Origin: an uncultured Acidobacteriota bacterium
GTDB taxonomy: Bacteria; Acidobacteriota; UBA6911; RPQK01; JAPXNP01
Direction: 5' to 3'
DNA length: 46,621 nucleotides
Assembly (NCBI GenBank): GCA_963777605.1
Contig: CAVZRV010000009.1
Location: 1-46,621, forward strand
Below the pieces are notes generated by a model. It made no database searches, was not told where the DNA came from, and saw only the letters and a list, made by a program, of their open reading frames with translations. Each line of letters starts with the position of its first letter. Positions within the stretch are counted from its first letter, which is position 1. Shown piece after piece: positions 17,683-27,099 of the stretch. The translations under genes and the position numbers were made by a program.

Positions 17683-20106
17683 TTGAGCGAACGAATTTCT
17701 CGCTTGTGCCAGCAGGGTTCAGGGGCAAAGTCGGAGAGTGGGATCTTGAACGAGAGGATCGCTCGCCTGCGCAAGCAGAGTTTTGAGACAGAGCCCGCGA
17801 TTTCCGCGGAGCGGGCGCGGATCGTCACCCGCTTCTACCGGGAAAACGATGGCAAGTACCCGGTTCCCTTGATGAGGGCCCTCGTATTCAAAGCGCTCTG
17901 CGAATCCAAAACGCTCTACCTCGGCGACGATGAACTGATCGTTGGCGAGCGGGGCCCGGCGCCAAAAGTCGTCCCCACGTTCCCGGAACTGACCTGTCAC
18001 ACGCTCGACGACTTCCGAGTTCTGGCTTCCCGCGACAAGACCCGCTACCAGGTTGACGAGACGGTCTTTGACATCTATCGGGACGAAGTCATCCCTTACT
18101 GGACCGGCCGGACCATGAGGGAAAAGGTCTTTGCGCACGTCCCGGGACCCTGGAAGAAGGCATACGAAGCCGGAGTCTTCACCGAGTTCATGGAGCAGCG
18201 CGCTCCCGGACACACCACCCTCGACGGGCAGATATACCAGACCGGACTTCGTCGCCGGCGTGAAGAGATTGCCGACGCCCTCGCGGCACTGGACTATCAT
18301 CATGACCTGGAAGCGACTCGCAAGGCTGAGGAACTCCAGGCCATGGACATCGCCTGTGAGGCCGCGATCATCTTCGCCCGGCGCCATGCCGAACTGGCGA
18401 AAGAACTGGCCGGCCGGACGTCGGATCCCGTCCGAAAGCGGGAACTGGAACGGATCTCCGAGGTGTGTCGCCGGGTTCCCGCCGAAGCTCCCCGGAACTT
18501 CCGGGAAGCCATCCAGATGTACTGGTTTGTCCATCTCGGGACGATTACTGAGTTGAACGGCTGGGATGCCATGAATCCGGGTCACCTCGACCAGCACCTG
18601 TGGCCGTTCTACGAGCGGGATCTGGTGGAGGGCACACTCGACCGGGAACAGGCGAAGGAACTGCTCGAATGCCTCTGGATCAAGTTCAACAACCACCCGG
18701 CTCCTCCAAAGGTCGGAGTGACTGCGGCGGAGAGCGGGACCTACAACGACTTCACCAACATCAACCTGGGCGGCCTGCGCCGGGACGGGTCGGACGGGGT
18801 GAATGACCTCTCCTACCTGATGTTGGAGATCATCGATGAGATCCATCTGCTGCAGCCGGGGACCAACGTCCAGGTCAGCCGGAAGACGCCGGACCATTTT
18901 CTGCGGGAGGCCTGCCGGGTCATCCGCAAAGGTTACGGCTACCCTTCGGTGTTCAACGCAGACGCCGTCGTAGCGGAGCAACTCAGGTCGGGGAAGAGCG
19001 TCGAGGACGCCCGGGAGGGAGGCACCAGCGGTTGTATCGAAACCGGCTGTTTCGGCAAGGAGGCCTACCTGCTCACGGGCTATCTGAACACCCCAAAGAT
19101 CCTGGAGGCGGCCCTCAACAACGGCCGGGATGCGCTGACCGGAGAACTGATCGGCCTTGAGACCGGTGATCCCCGGGAGTTCGGAGACTTTGAAGCTCTC
19201 TACACGGCGTTCGAGCGGCAGTTGGAGCATTTCGTTGACCTCAAAGTCGGAGTGAATCAGTACATCGAACAGATGTTCGCTCGCTACATGCCGGCTCCTT
19301 TCCTCTCCGTTGTCATCAGTGACTGCATCGAGCGGGGCCGGGACTACTACGATGGAGGACCCCGATACAACACTACCTACATCCAGTGTTGCGGCATCGG
19401 GACCGTGACTGACAGCCTCTCATCCCTGCGCAAGCACGTTTTCGAGACGGGGCGGATAGCTATGCCGCAGATGCTCGACACCCTGGCCTCCAACTTCGAG
19501 GGCATGGAGGCGTTCCGCTTGCGACTCGCCAACCGGACTCCGAGGTTTGGAAATGATGACGACGAGGCCGACCAGTTGATGCAGCGGGTCTTCGACTCAC
19601 TCTTCCGGGTGATCGACGGCAGGCCCAACACCAAGGGAGGCAAGTACCACCTCAACATGCTTTCGACGACCTGCCACGTCTACTTCGGCACCAAGTTGGG
19701 CGCCACTCCGGACGGACGCCTCTCAGGGTTGCCCGAGTCGGACGGGACTTCCCCGTCACAGGGCGCCGACCGCTGCGGTCCCACAGCCGTCTGCAGGTCG
19801 CTGGGCAAAATGGACCAGGTGCGATCGGGCGGTACCCTGTTGAACCAGCGCTTCCTTCCCCAGGTCCTCGAGGGGGACGCCGGACTGGACAAACTGGTCA
19901 GCCTGATCCGGACCTACTTCCGGTTCGATGGTCACCACATTCAGTTCAACGTCGTGGACACGGTGACGTTGCGGGAAGCCCAGAAGGATCCGGATTCATA
20001 TCGCGACCTTCTGGTCCGGGTGGCCGGGTACAGCGACTACTTCGTCGACCTGGGACGGGATCTCCAGGAAGAGGTCATCTCCCGAACGGCTCAGGAGGCT
20101 GTGTAG
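17683..20106 (+). CDS. hypD: Glycyl radical enzyme, trans-4-hydroxy-L-proline dehydratase-like (start TTG 17683 or 17746)
   Basis: FTEFMEQRAPGHT, PAPPKVG..ESGTYNDF, SGCIETG (Cys loop), TTCHVYFG and RVAGYS (Gly loop) are characteristic of the HypD clade. Confidence 0.82.
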   Translation: MSERISRLCQQGSGAKSESGILNERIARLRKQSFETEPAISAERARIVTRFYRENDGKYPVPLMRALVFKALCESKTLYLGDDELIVGERGPAPKVVPTFPELTCHTLDDFRVLASRDKTRYQVDETVFDIYRDEVIPYWTGRTMREKVFAHVPGPWKKAYEAGVFTEFMEQRAPGHTTLDGQIYQTGLRRRREEIADALAALDYHHDLEATRKAEELQAMDIACEAAIIFARRHAELAKELAGRTSDPVRKRELERISEVCRRVPAEAPRNFREAIQMYWFVHLGTITELNGWDAMNPGHLDQHLWPFYERDLVEGTLDREQAKELLECLWIKFNNHPAPPKVGVTAAESGTYNDFTNINLGGLRRDGSDGVNDLSYLMLEIIDEIHLLQPGTNVQVSRKTPDHFLREACRVIRKGYGYPSVFNADAVVAEQLRSGKSVEDAREGGTSGCIETGCFGKEAYLLTGYLNTPKILEAALNNGRDALTGELIGLETGDPREFGDFEALYTAFERQLEHFVDLKVGVNQYIEQMFARYMPAPFLSVVISDCIERGRDYYDGGPRYNTTYIQCCGIGTVTDSLSSLRKHVFETGRIAMPQMLDTLASNFEGMEAFRLRLANRTPRFGNDDDEADQLMQRVFDSLFRVIDGRPNTKGGKYHLNMLSTTCHVYFGTKLGATPDGRLSGLPESDGTSPSQGADRCGPTAVCRSLGKMDQVRSGGTLLNQRFLPQVLEGDAGLDKLVSLIRTYFRFDGHHIQFNVVDTVTLREAQKDPDSYRDLLVRVAGYSDYFVDLGRDLQEEVISRTAQEAV

Positions 20107-20790
20107 GGGTGGAGCGTGGCTCTGCTTGGGACGTGTGAGGCCGAGGAGTCTTCCAACAGCTTCAGTTCACGGCCGAGGCGCCATGGCGCGGAGGATGCGC
20201 TGAGATTCATGGCGAATTTGTAATCAATTATCCATCTCAGGGTGTGTTGCCAAAAACTCGGATGGAGAACCGTCTCTCTCTCCGGGTTGTCTCTGCATCC
20301 TTTCTCCCCTGCGGTCCTTTCGCTTTCACTCCCTTCAAGAACGGTGCCTTTTCACTTTCTTTACGGTATCCCTTCGCACTTTTTCCGACACGTTCGTATT
20401 TACTAGATGGGGTTAGGGGTTTGGCCCCCGCCGGAGGCTTTGCCCGGGGGTTTCGTGCGCCCGCCCCGCCGGATTGGGCACGGAGAGACGAGTCAGAAAT
20501 TGTTCCGGCGGCGATTTTGGCATCACATTCTTCAAATCACCATTGCTCCCCACCGGGTCCTGCCGCCCCGCTTGGGGCGGGGCTGGAGAGCGTGGTGCTT
20601 CGGTTGACCCAGGACTCCGCTTCGCTGCGTACTGGCAATTCCATTTCGCCCCGCTGACTGCGGGGCTGAGGAATCGGGTGATTCTGGGCTGGAGGTCGTT
20701 AACTCGCTCCCTCATAATGGAATAGAAATGCGTCATGGCCGGATGACCGAGTGGGTTCAGACAAGCAAATAGGAAGAGAGGGAATCTAAA

Positions 20791-22123
20791 CTGGCGAAGC
20801 AGAAAAAGGCCGGAGCCGCGTGGAGCGGTCACACTCCTGATGCCGAGGGAAAGATCGGGTTTCTCGCCACGACTGCCATTGGTGTCGGAGGAATGGTTGG
20901 GGGCGGCATTTTCGCCGTACTGGGCCTGGCAGTTGCCCTGGCGGGCGGAGGGACTCCGCTGGCTTTCGTGCTCGGTGGCCTGATCGCCCTGGTCACCACC
21001 TATTCCTACGCGCGGCTGTCGGTAACCTTCCCAAGCCAGGGCGGGACGGTGAAGTTCATCGACCAGGCGTTCGGCGGCAACTTCTTCACCGGGAGCCTGA
21101 ATACGCTGCTCTGGCTCAGCTATGTCGTGATGCTCGCCCTCTATGCCTTTGCATTCGGGGGCTACGGAGCCACCTTTCTTCCCGACGGCTGGCAGGGTTG
21201 GGGAAAACCGGCGGTGATCGCCCTGGCGATCCTGTTGCCCGCTGCCCTCAACCTGCTGAGTGCCGACATCGTCGGCAAGGCCGAGACCTACGTCGTGATC
21301 ACCAAGGTTGCCTTGCTCACCCTCTTCGTCGGGATCGGTTCGATCGGCATCGACACGAGACGGCTGGCACCGGACACCTGGGCTTCTCCTGTCCAGTTGC
21401 TCGCGGGGGGAATGATCATCTTTGTCGCCTACGAGGGATTCGAACTGATTGCCAACACCGCCCAGGACGTTCGTGACTACAAGAGGGTCCTTCCCAGGGC
21501 CTACTTCGCCGCGGTGGGGTTCGTGATTGTTCTCTACTTCCTGGTGTCCCTGGTGACGGTCGGCAACCTGAGCCTGGACCAGATCGCCAAGGCGAAGGAC
21601 TACGCCCTGGCGGCAGCTGCGCGCCCGTTCCTGGGAGATTTCGGGTTCCGGCTGATCGCGGTGACCGCATTGCTTTCGACGTTTTCGGCGATCAACGCCA
21701 CCCTGTACGGTTCGGCGCGGCTCAGCTTTACGATCGCAAAAGAAGGGGAATTGCCGGCCTTTCCTGGAGAAGAAGGTGTGGAACCGGCCCATCGAAGGGC
21801 TGATCATCACGACCATCCTGGCTCTTCTGCTGGCCGAACTCGGCGACCTTTCCTCAATCTCAACTCTCGGGAGCACCGGGTTTCTTATTGTTTTTGCCGC
21901 GGTCAACGCGGCCAACTGGGTGCTGGCGGGGAAGACCTCGAGTCATCGCTGGATTTCCGGTTTCGGGGTGGTGGCCTGTCTGACGGCGGTCGTAGCGCTG
22001 GTCGCCCACGTAGCCAGCCAGAATCCTGAGACACTCTGGATTCTGGCCGGCCTGCTCGGTGCGGCGATTGGGATCGAAGGCGCCTACCGGCTGTCCCGCC
22101 GGAAGGAGATCGACTTGGGATAG
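20791..22123 (+). CDS. APC-family amino acid permease, frameshift ~21765; start uncertain
   Basis: IGVGGMVGGGIF, YSYARLS..FPSQGG, FVAYEGFELIAN; many TM helices. Confidence 0.85.
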
Positions 22124-24984
22124 GGCGCGTCCGGCCCCTTCATCGCGTGCCAGATGATCTGGTTCAGGAGGTCCTCCGGGCACTGATCAACCTGCTCGAG
22201 CGGGAGAGTCTCCGACAGCATCGCGTATTTCCGCATCACCGGATCCGCGATGGCCTTGACCGGAGGGTTGAGCTGGTCGAGAGGGATGTTGTTGGGGACC
22301 GAGTCGAATGGCGTAAGGTCCGCTTTTTCAGTGAAACAGTCGAATAGCGGTGTGGCCGAAGCGTCCATCTGGTTCATCGGAGGCAGGCCGAGAATCAATT
22401 CGATGGTCCGGAGAATCCCAGGCTGATTGTACTGAGTGCCGATCACCTCACCCCGCCGGTTGTACGGACTCACGACGTAGGCGGTCGTCCGGTAAGAGTT
22501 GACGTGATCCCAGCCGTCCTGGGGATCGTCTTCGATCGCGAAGATACAGGTGTCCTTCCAGAATTTGCTGTGACTGATGGCTTCCACGATCTGACCCAGG
22601 GCCAGGTCGTTGTCGGCCACGTGGGCCGCCGGAGTGGGGTAGCCGGGTTTGGTTCCGGAGCCGTGGTCATTGGGAAGACAGATGATCACCAGTTCGGGGA
22701 ATTCCCCTTTGGCGTCGAATTCCCGAAGGTCCCTGATGAACTGCGCCGCCCGGAAGACATCGGGCACCTCCATTTTCCACCCGACCGTGTCCATGACCAG
22801 GTACGGACGAAGCGACTCGATGGCGGGGCGGCTTGTGATCTTAGTCAGGCCGGTTCCGTTAATGAAGTCCCGGTAGTAGTCGGTAAAGGTCGGAGAAGGG
22901 AACCGATCGGGGTCCTTCCACCCGGTTTCGGCGATGGCGAATTCGCCGTAATCTCGCAGGGTCTTCCCGTGCGCGATGGCATTGTCCCAGATGAAACCGG
23001 ACGGGGCGTAGGCCAGGGCGTCCACGTCGTCGTCTTCCATCCCGTCGGGATAGCTCCGCGGAAAGCCGGCAAAGGAGCGCTCCATGTAGTCGGTGGCAAA
23101 TGCGGACGTGGCCCACTGGTGGCCGTCGGCGCTCAGAATTCCGGAACAGTAGGTGTTGTCGAGGAGACCGAATTCCCGGGCGATCTTGTGCTGGTTGGGG
23201 GTGACCTCTTCGCCGAAAATGCAGAGATCGGGATCTCCGTTCCCCTGATCGATATCCCCGAGCACCTGGTCGTAGGTTCGGTTCTCCTTGATGATGTAAA
23301 CGACGTGCTTGAAGAGGGACGGCTCGCCGACTCGCTCCGGTACGGGAAGCGGATCCTGGCTGGTCCGGGGAGGAAGCAGCGTCGCCTCCAGCATCTCGCG
23401 CCGGCAGTTGGCAAGCACCGTACTCGTGTGTTCGACCAACTCCTCGGAATCGGGGACCGGAACGAAGGAGAGCGACCCGTAGTATTGGTGAGTATTGAAG
23501 CCGGGCTTATCCTCGGGCACGGTACGGCCGCCTGAGCCGATTCCCTTGATGTTGGCCACGTAAAGCGTTTTTCGGGCGGCGTCCTCGATCACCGCTCCCG
23601 GAAACCAGCCGACGGGAATCATCCCGTGCAACTCCGATTTCTCGGGTGAAAACGAAAGCACTGCGACCGCATTCTGGGTTCCGTTGCAGACATAGAGCGT
23701 TTTACCGGACTTGTCGAAGGCGAGAGCATTGGGGCTGGCACCGAAGTAGTCGTCCGGTTGCCACTTCAACGAGATTGTCTGAACAACCGTGTCGGTCCCG
23801 GTGGAGATCACGCTGACCGTGTCGTCGGCTGCATTGGCGACCAGGAGGAAGCGCCCGTCCGGGCTGAGGGTAAGCCCGGAGGCGTGTTTCCCGGTGATGA
23901 TCTCCTTGACCACTTTTCCCGACTCGAGATCGATCACGGAAACCGAACCCTCAGAGGCGATGTGGTGTACGGGGTCAACCCGCACCGTTGTTCCCCGGCC
24001 CGCCGGCCCTACCAGGCTGTCGGAATCCGGCCGTCGTCCGCCCCAATTGCTCACATAGGCTTTGGAACCCTGCAGCGCGATGTCATAGGGGGCCACTCCA
24101 ACCGGGAACTCGCGAACCAGGCGGCGCTCCTTCAGGTCGATTTCGACGACGCGGTTGGTCAGGCTGAGAGCGACCCAGAGGCGAGAGCCATCCGGGGAGA
24201 TCGCCAGGCCGGACGGGATCGCCTGGAGGCGCAGGGGAAGACCGGTCTCGGGGAGTTGAATGGAATCGATTCCCTTGATCTGCCCGCCTTCGTCGATCTG
24301 GAAAACCTCGACGCTGCCGTCCACGTTCGACAGGTAGACCCGGGAACCGTCGGGGGAGAAGATGAGGCCAGTGTAGCTGACCTGGCCTTCCTTGTCGGGA
24401 TCCAAAAGGTGGGTAGATACCGCATCGGGTCCAATTCCGAGGTCGGCGGGGAGCGCCACCCGGTCCCGGATCGCTCCTGATTCTGGGTCAATGACGATCA
24501 ACTCGTTGGTCTTGCCTGAAGTGAGCAGCGTCTTGCCGTCCGGACTGAGCGCGAGGACCTGGGGACGGACTCCGGGGAGTTCGACCTGCTTTCCCTTCGG
24601 AGTCAGGATCTGGCTGACCGGAAGCACGATCCGGTTTGCTTCGGAGGCTCCCACCGGTTCGTCAGGGTTGATCAGGGTTGATTCGACAGGGTCCGGCGAG
24701 CAGGCAGTGAGAGTCAGCGTGGCCAATGCCGCCGCGAGGGTGAGCCCTCCGCCCAGGCATTGTCGAAATCGTCTGAGCGGGAATTTCGATCGCAGGCTCA
24801 GTTTTTCACCGCAAAGAGGCAAAGGTCGCCAAGGCTCCTTTGTTTTGAAATCAAAGCAGATCTTCGCGCCTTTGCGCCTTCGCGGTTCAATCCCGCCGCG
24901 GCAAGTTTCGATTTCTGAATGATCGGCGCCGAGCGCGGGGATCAGGCTGATTCGCAGAACGGGTTTCATCGACGTCATGTGCAT
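22084..24984 (-). CDS. YVTN/YncE beta-propeller plus phosphoesterase (alkaline phosphatase-like) lipoprotein; start uncertain
   Basis: Lipobox LTAC; repeated YVSN/LVAN/YVCN/YVAN blades; KHVVYIIKENRTYD, SADGHQW, EDDPQDGWDHV. Confidence 0.88.
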   Translation of the reverse strand: MHMTSMKPVLRISLIPALGADHSEIETCRGGIEPRRRKGAKICFDFKTKEPWRPLPLCGEKLSLRSKFPLRRFRQCLGGGLTLAAALATLTLTACSPDPVESTLINPDEPVGASEANRIVLPVSQILTPKGKQVELPGVRPQVLALSPDGKTLLTSGKTNELIVIDPESGAIRDRVALPADLGIGPDAVSTHLLDPDKEGQVSYTGLIFSPDGSRVYLSNVDGSVEVFQIDEGGQIKGIDSIQLPETGLPLRLQAIPSGLAISPDGSRLWVALSLTNRVVEIDLKERRLVREFPVGVAPYDIALQGSKAYVSNWGGRRPDSDSLVGPAGRGTTVRVDPVHHIASEGSVSVIDLESGKVVKEIITGKHASGLTLSPDGRFLLVANAADDTVSVISTGTDTVVQTISLKWQPDDYFGASPNALAFDKSGKTLYVCNGTQNAVAVLSFSPEKSELHGMIPVGWFPGAVIEDAARKTLYVANIKGIGSGGRTVPEDKPGFNTHQYYGSLSFVPVPDSEELVEHTSTVLANCRREMLEATLLPPRTSQDPLPVPERVGEPSLFKHVVYIIKENRTYDQVLGDIDQGNGDPDLCIFGEEVTPNQHKIAREFGLLDNTYCSGILSADGHQWATSAFATDYMERSFAGFPRSYPDGMEDDDVDALAYAPSGFIWDNAIAHGKTLRDYGEFAIAETGWKDPDRFPSPTFTDYYRDFINGTGLTKITSRPAIESLRPYLVMDTVGWKMEVPDVFRAAQFIRDLREFDAKGEFPELVIICLPNDHGSGTKPGYPTPAAHVADNDLALGQIVEAISHSKFWKDTCIFAIEDDPQDGWDHVNSYRTTAYVVSPYNRRGEVIGTQYNQPGILRTIELILGLPPMNQMDASATPLFDCFTEKADLTPFDSVPNNIPLDQLNPPVKAIADPVMRKYAMLSETLPLEQVDQCPEDLLNQIIWHAMKGPDAPYPKSISFRRDSR
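24794..24890 (-). repeat. ~96-bp palindromic MITE/REP-like element, copy A
   Basis: Reverse complement aligns over its length with 33507-33602. Confidence 0.75.
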
Positions 24985-25110
24985 CTATTACAGGGAAGCG
25001 ACTTCGATGTCCAATCGGTTTCGCCTCGTTCTTTCAACTTCACGCTCGCTCCCGGGTGATATAGACTCGCGAAACGTGCACTTATCCAGCAGATCCGGCG
25101 AGGAGGCCGA

Positions 25111-27012
25111 ATGAAAATCCGACGTACTCTCTTACTCGTGTTGTCCCTCTTTGTGGTTGGCGTTCCCCTGGCGCTTTGGGGCCTTTCTCAGGATTCGCTG
25201 CGCGAGGAACATCCCCGCGATGACTTCACGGTACGTGAGGAGATGGTCCCGATGCGGGACGGCGTCCGGCTATACACGCTGATCCTGACCCCGAAAGACC
25301 ATTCGGGACCGATGCCGATTCTGCTGGAGCGGACTCCCTATGACGCGACCCGGGCCCTGGGCAACCGGGCGACGACGAAGCTCCGGGTCGCCCTCGGCCA
25401 CAAGAACCTCGGCGGCGGATACATCGTCGTTGCGCAGGACATCCGGGGAAGGTTCCGCTCCGAGGGAGACTATGCCATGTACCGGGTTCCGCGGGGCGAA
25501 TTCAACCGGAGCGACACCGACGAGACCACCGACGCCTGGGACACCATCGACTGGCTGGTCAATAGCCTGGCCGATAACAACGGGAAGGTGGGGGTTTGGG
25601 GGACCTCCTACCCGGGTTGGTTGACCCTGGCGGCGATGCGGGATCCCCACCCCGCCCTGGCTGCCGCGGTGCCTTTCAACCCGGTCGTCGATGTCTGGAA
25701 AGCGGACGACTGGTTTCACTGGGGTGCTTTCCGGTCCGCCTACTCGTTCGAATACATCTACTCGATGGAGACCAAGAAGGGTCAGTCCCCTTCGTATCCC
25801 TATGAAAACCACGATCTTTACAACTGGATGCTGGGGCTGGGGTCTGCCGGTACTGGACTCGGAAGCCGCCTCGACGAGCGCTATGAGATGTGGCCGCGCC
25901 TGATGAACAACCCGTCTTACACCGACTACTGGAAGGACTGTGCCGCCGACCGGTGGTTCGATCACCCGTCCAGGCTGGTGCCGGCCCTCAACGTCAGTGG
26001 GCTCTGGGACCAGGAGGATATATACGGTGCTCCATCCGTCTATGCCGCGTTGGAAAAGCACGATACAAACAATGATTTGAACTTCTTCGTCGCGGGTCCC
26101 TGGTATCACGGACAGCACTGGGCCGAGGGAAGCCGGTTGGGCGAGATCGACTTCGGAGAAGACACCGCCCTGGCATTTCGCGAGGATGTCCTGGAACCAT
26201 TCTTGCGCCGCTACCTGAAAGGAGCCGACGTTCCCGCCCCGGCTCCTGTCACCGTGTTTGAGACCGGCACCAACCACTGGCGGCACTACGATCACTGGCC
26301 GCCGACTACCGTGAAATCGAAGAGCCTGTACCTCCAGTCCGACGGCAAGGTGGACTTCGAGCCGCCGTCCGCGGGCAGTTCGTCCTTTACCGAGTTCGTC
26401 TCCGATCCCAAGTTCCCCATTCCGAATGCCCCGCGACCGAACCTCGGTTTCGACTACAGCAATCCGGTCATTATCTCGGCTTGGCGGCGGTGGCTTGTGG
26501 AGGACCAGCGTTTCGTTGACGGCCGTCCGGACGTGGCGACCTGGAAGAGCGCTCCTCTGGAAGAACCGGTGACGATCCGGGGGCCGGTTACCGTCAAGCT
26601 GGTTGCCGAGACCACCGGCACCGATGCCGATTGGGTCGTCAAACTGATCGACGTTTACCCGGACGACAACCCGGGGCGAGTGGAGATGTCCGGGTTCGAA
26701 CTGATGGTGAGTGGGGACATCTTCCGGGGCCGGTACCGTGAGAGTTTCGAGAAAGCGAACCCGTTGAAAGCGAATGAGCCGTTGGACTACACGATGCACT
26801 TGCCCAACGTCGATCACACGTTCCGCAAGGGGCACCGGCTCATGGTCCAGGTGCAGAGCAGCTGGTTCCCACTCTATGACCTTAACCCCCAGAACTTCGT
26901 CCCGTCGATCATGTACGCGAAGCCGGCCGACTACATGGCCCAGCGCCACCGGGTTCACCACAGCCTGGCCCACCCGACCCGCGTGGAACTCCTCGTGGAC
27001 GAAAATCGGTGA
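25111..27012 (+). CDS. CocE/NonD family hydrolase (alpha-amino acid ester hydrolase-like)
   Basis: Signal peptide; VPMRDGVRL, RTPY, QDIRGRFRSEG, GTSYPG nucleophile, GPWYHG; C-terminal PepX_C-like domain. Confidence 0.92.
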   Translation: MKIRRTLLLVLSLFVVGVPLALWGLSQDSLREEHPRDDFTVREEMVPMRDGVRLYTLILTPKDHSGPMPILLERTPYDATRALGNRATTKLRVALGHKNLGGGYIVVAQDIRGRFRSEGDYAMYRVPRGEFNRSDTDETTDAWDTIDWLVNSLADNNGKVGVWGTSYPGWLTLAAMRDPHPALAAAVPFNPVVDVWKADDWFHWGAFRSAYSFEYIYSMETKKGQSPSYPYENHDLYNWMLGLGSAGTGLGSRLDERYEMWPRLMNNPSYTDYWKDCAADRWFDHPSRLVPALNVSGLWDQEDIYGAPSVYAALEKHDTNNDLNFFVAGPWYHGQHWAEGSRLGEIDFGEDTALAFREDVLEPFLRRYLKGADVPAPAPVTVFETGTNHWRHYDHWPPTTVKSKSLYLQSDGKVDFEPPSAGSSSFTEFVSDPKFPIPNAPRPNLGFDYSNPVIISAWRRWLVEDQRFVDGRPDVATWKSAPLEEPVTIRGPVTVKLVAETTGTDADWVVKLIDVYPDDNPGRVEMSGFELMVSGDIFRGRYRESFEKANPLKANEPLDYTMHLPNVDHTFRKGHRLMVQVQSSWFPLYDLNPQNFVPSIMYAKPADYMAQRHRVHHSLAHPTRVELLVDENR

Positions 27013-27099
27013 CACGCACGAAATTTGCCCGTAAGTAGCCGTGGAAAAAGAATAAAAATCCTGCTCTGGTACTAATTGGGCAGAAAAGGAAGGCTTTCG

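Noticed and set aside
20107-20790. Long intergenic region as a riboswitch or ncRNA before the permease
   Set aside because: I could not recognise a known riboswitch consensus or a convincing structure; an Rfam search would be needed
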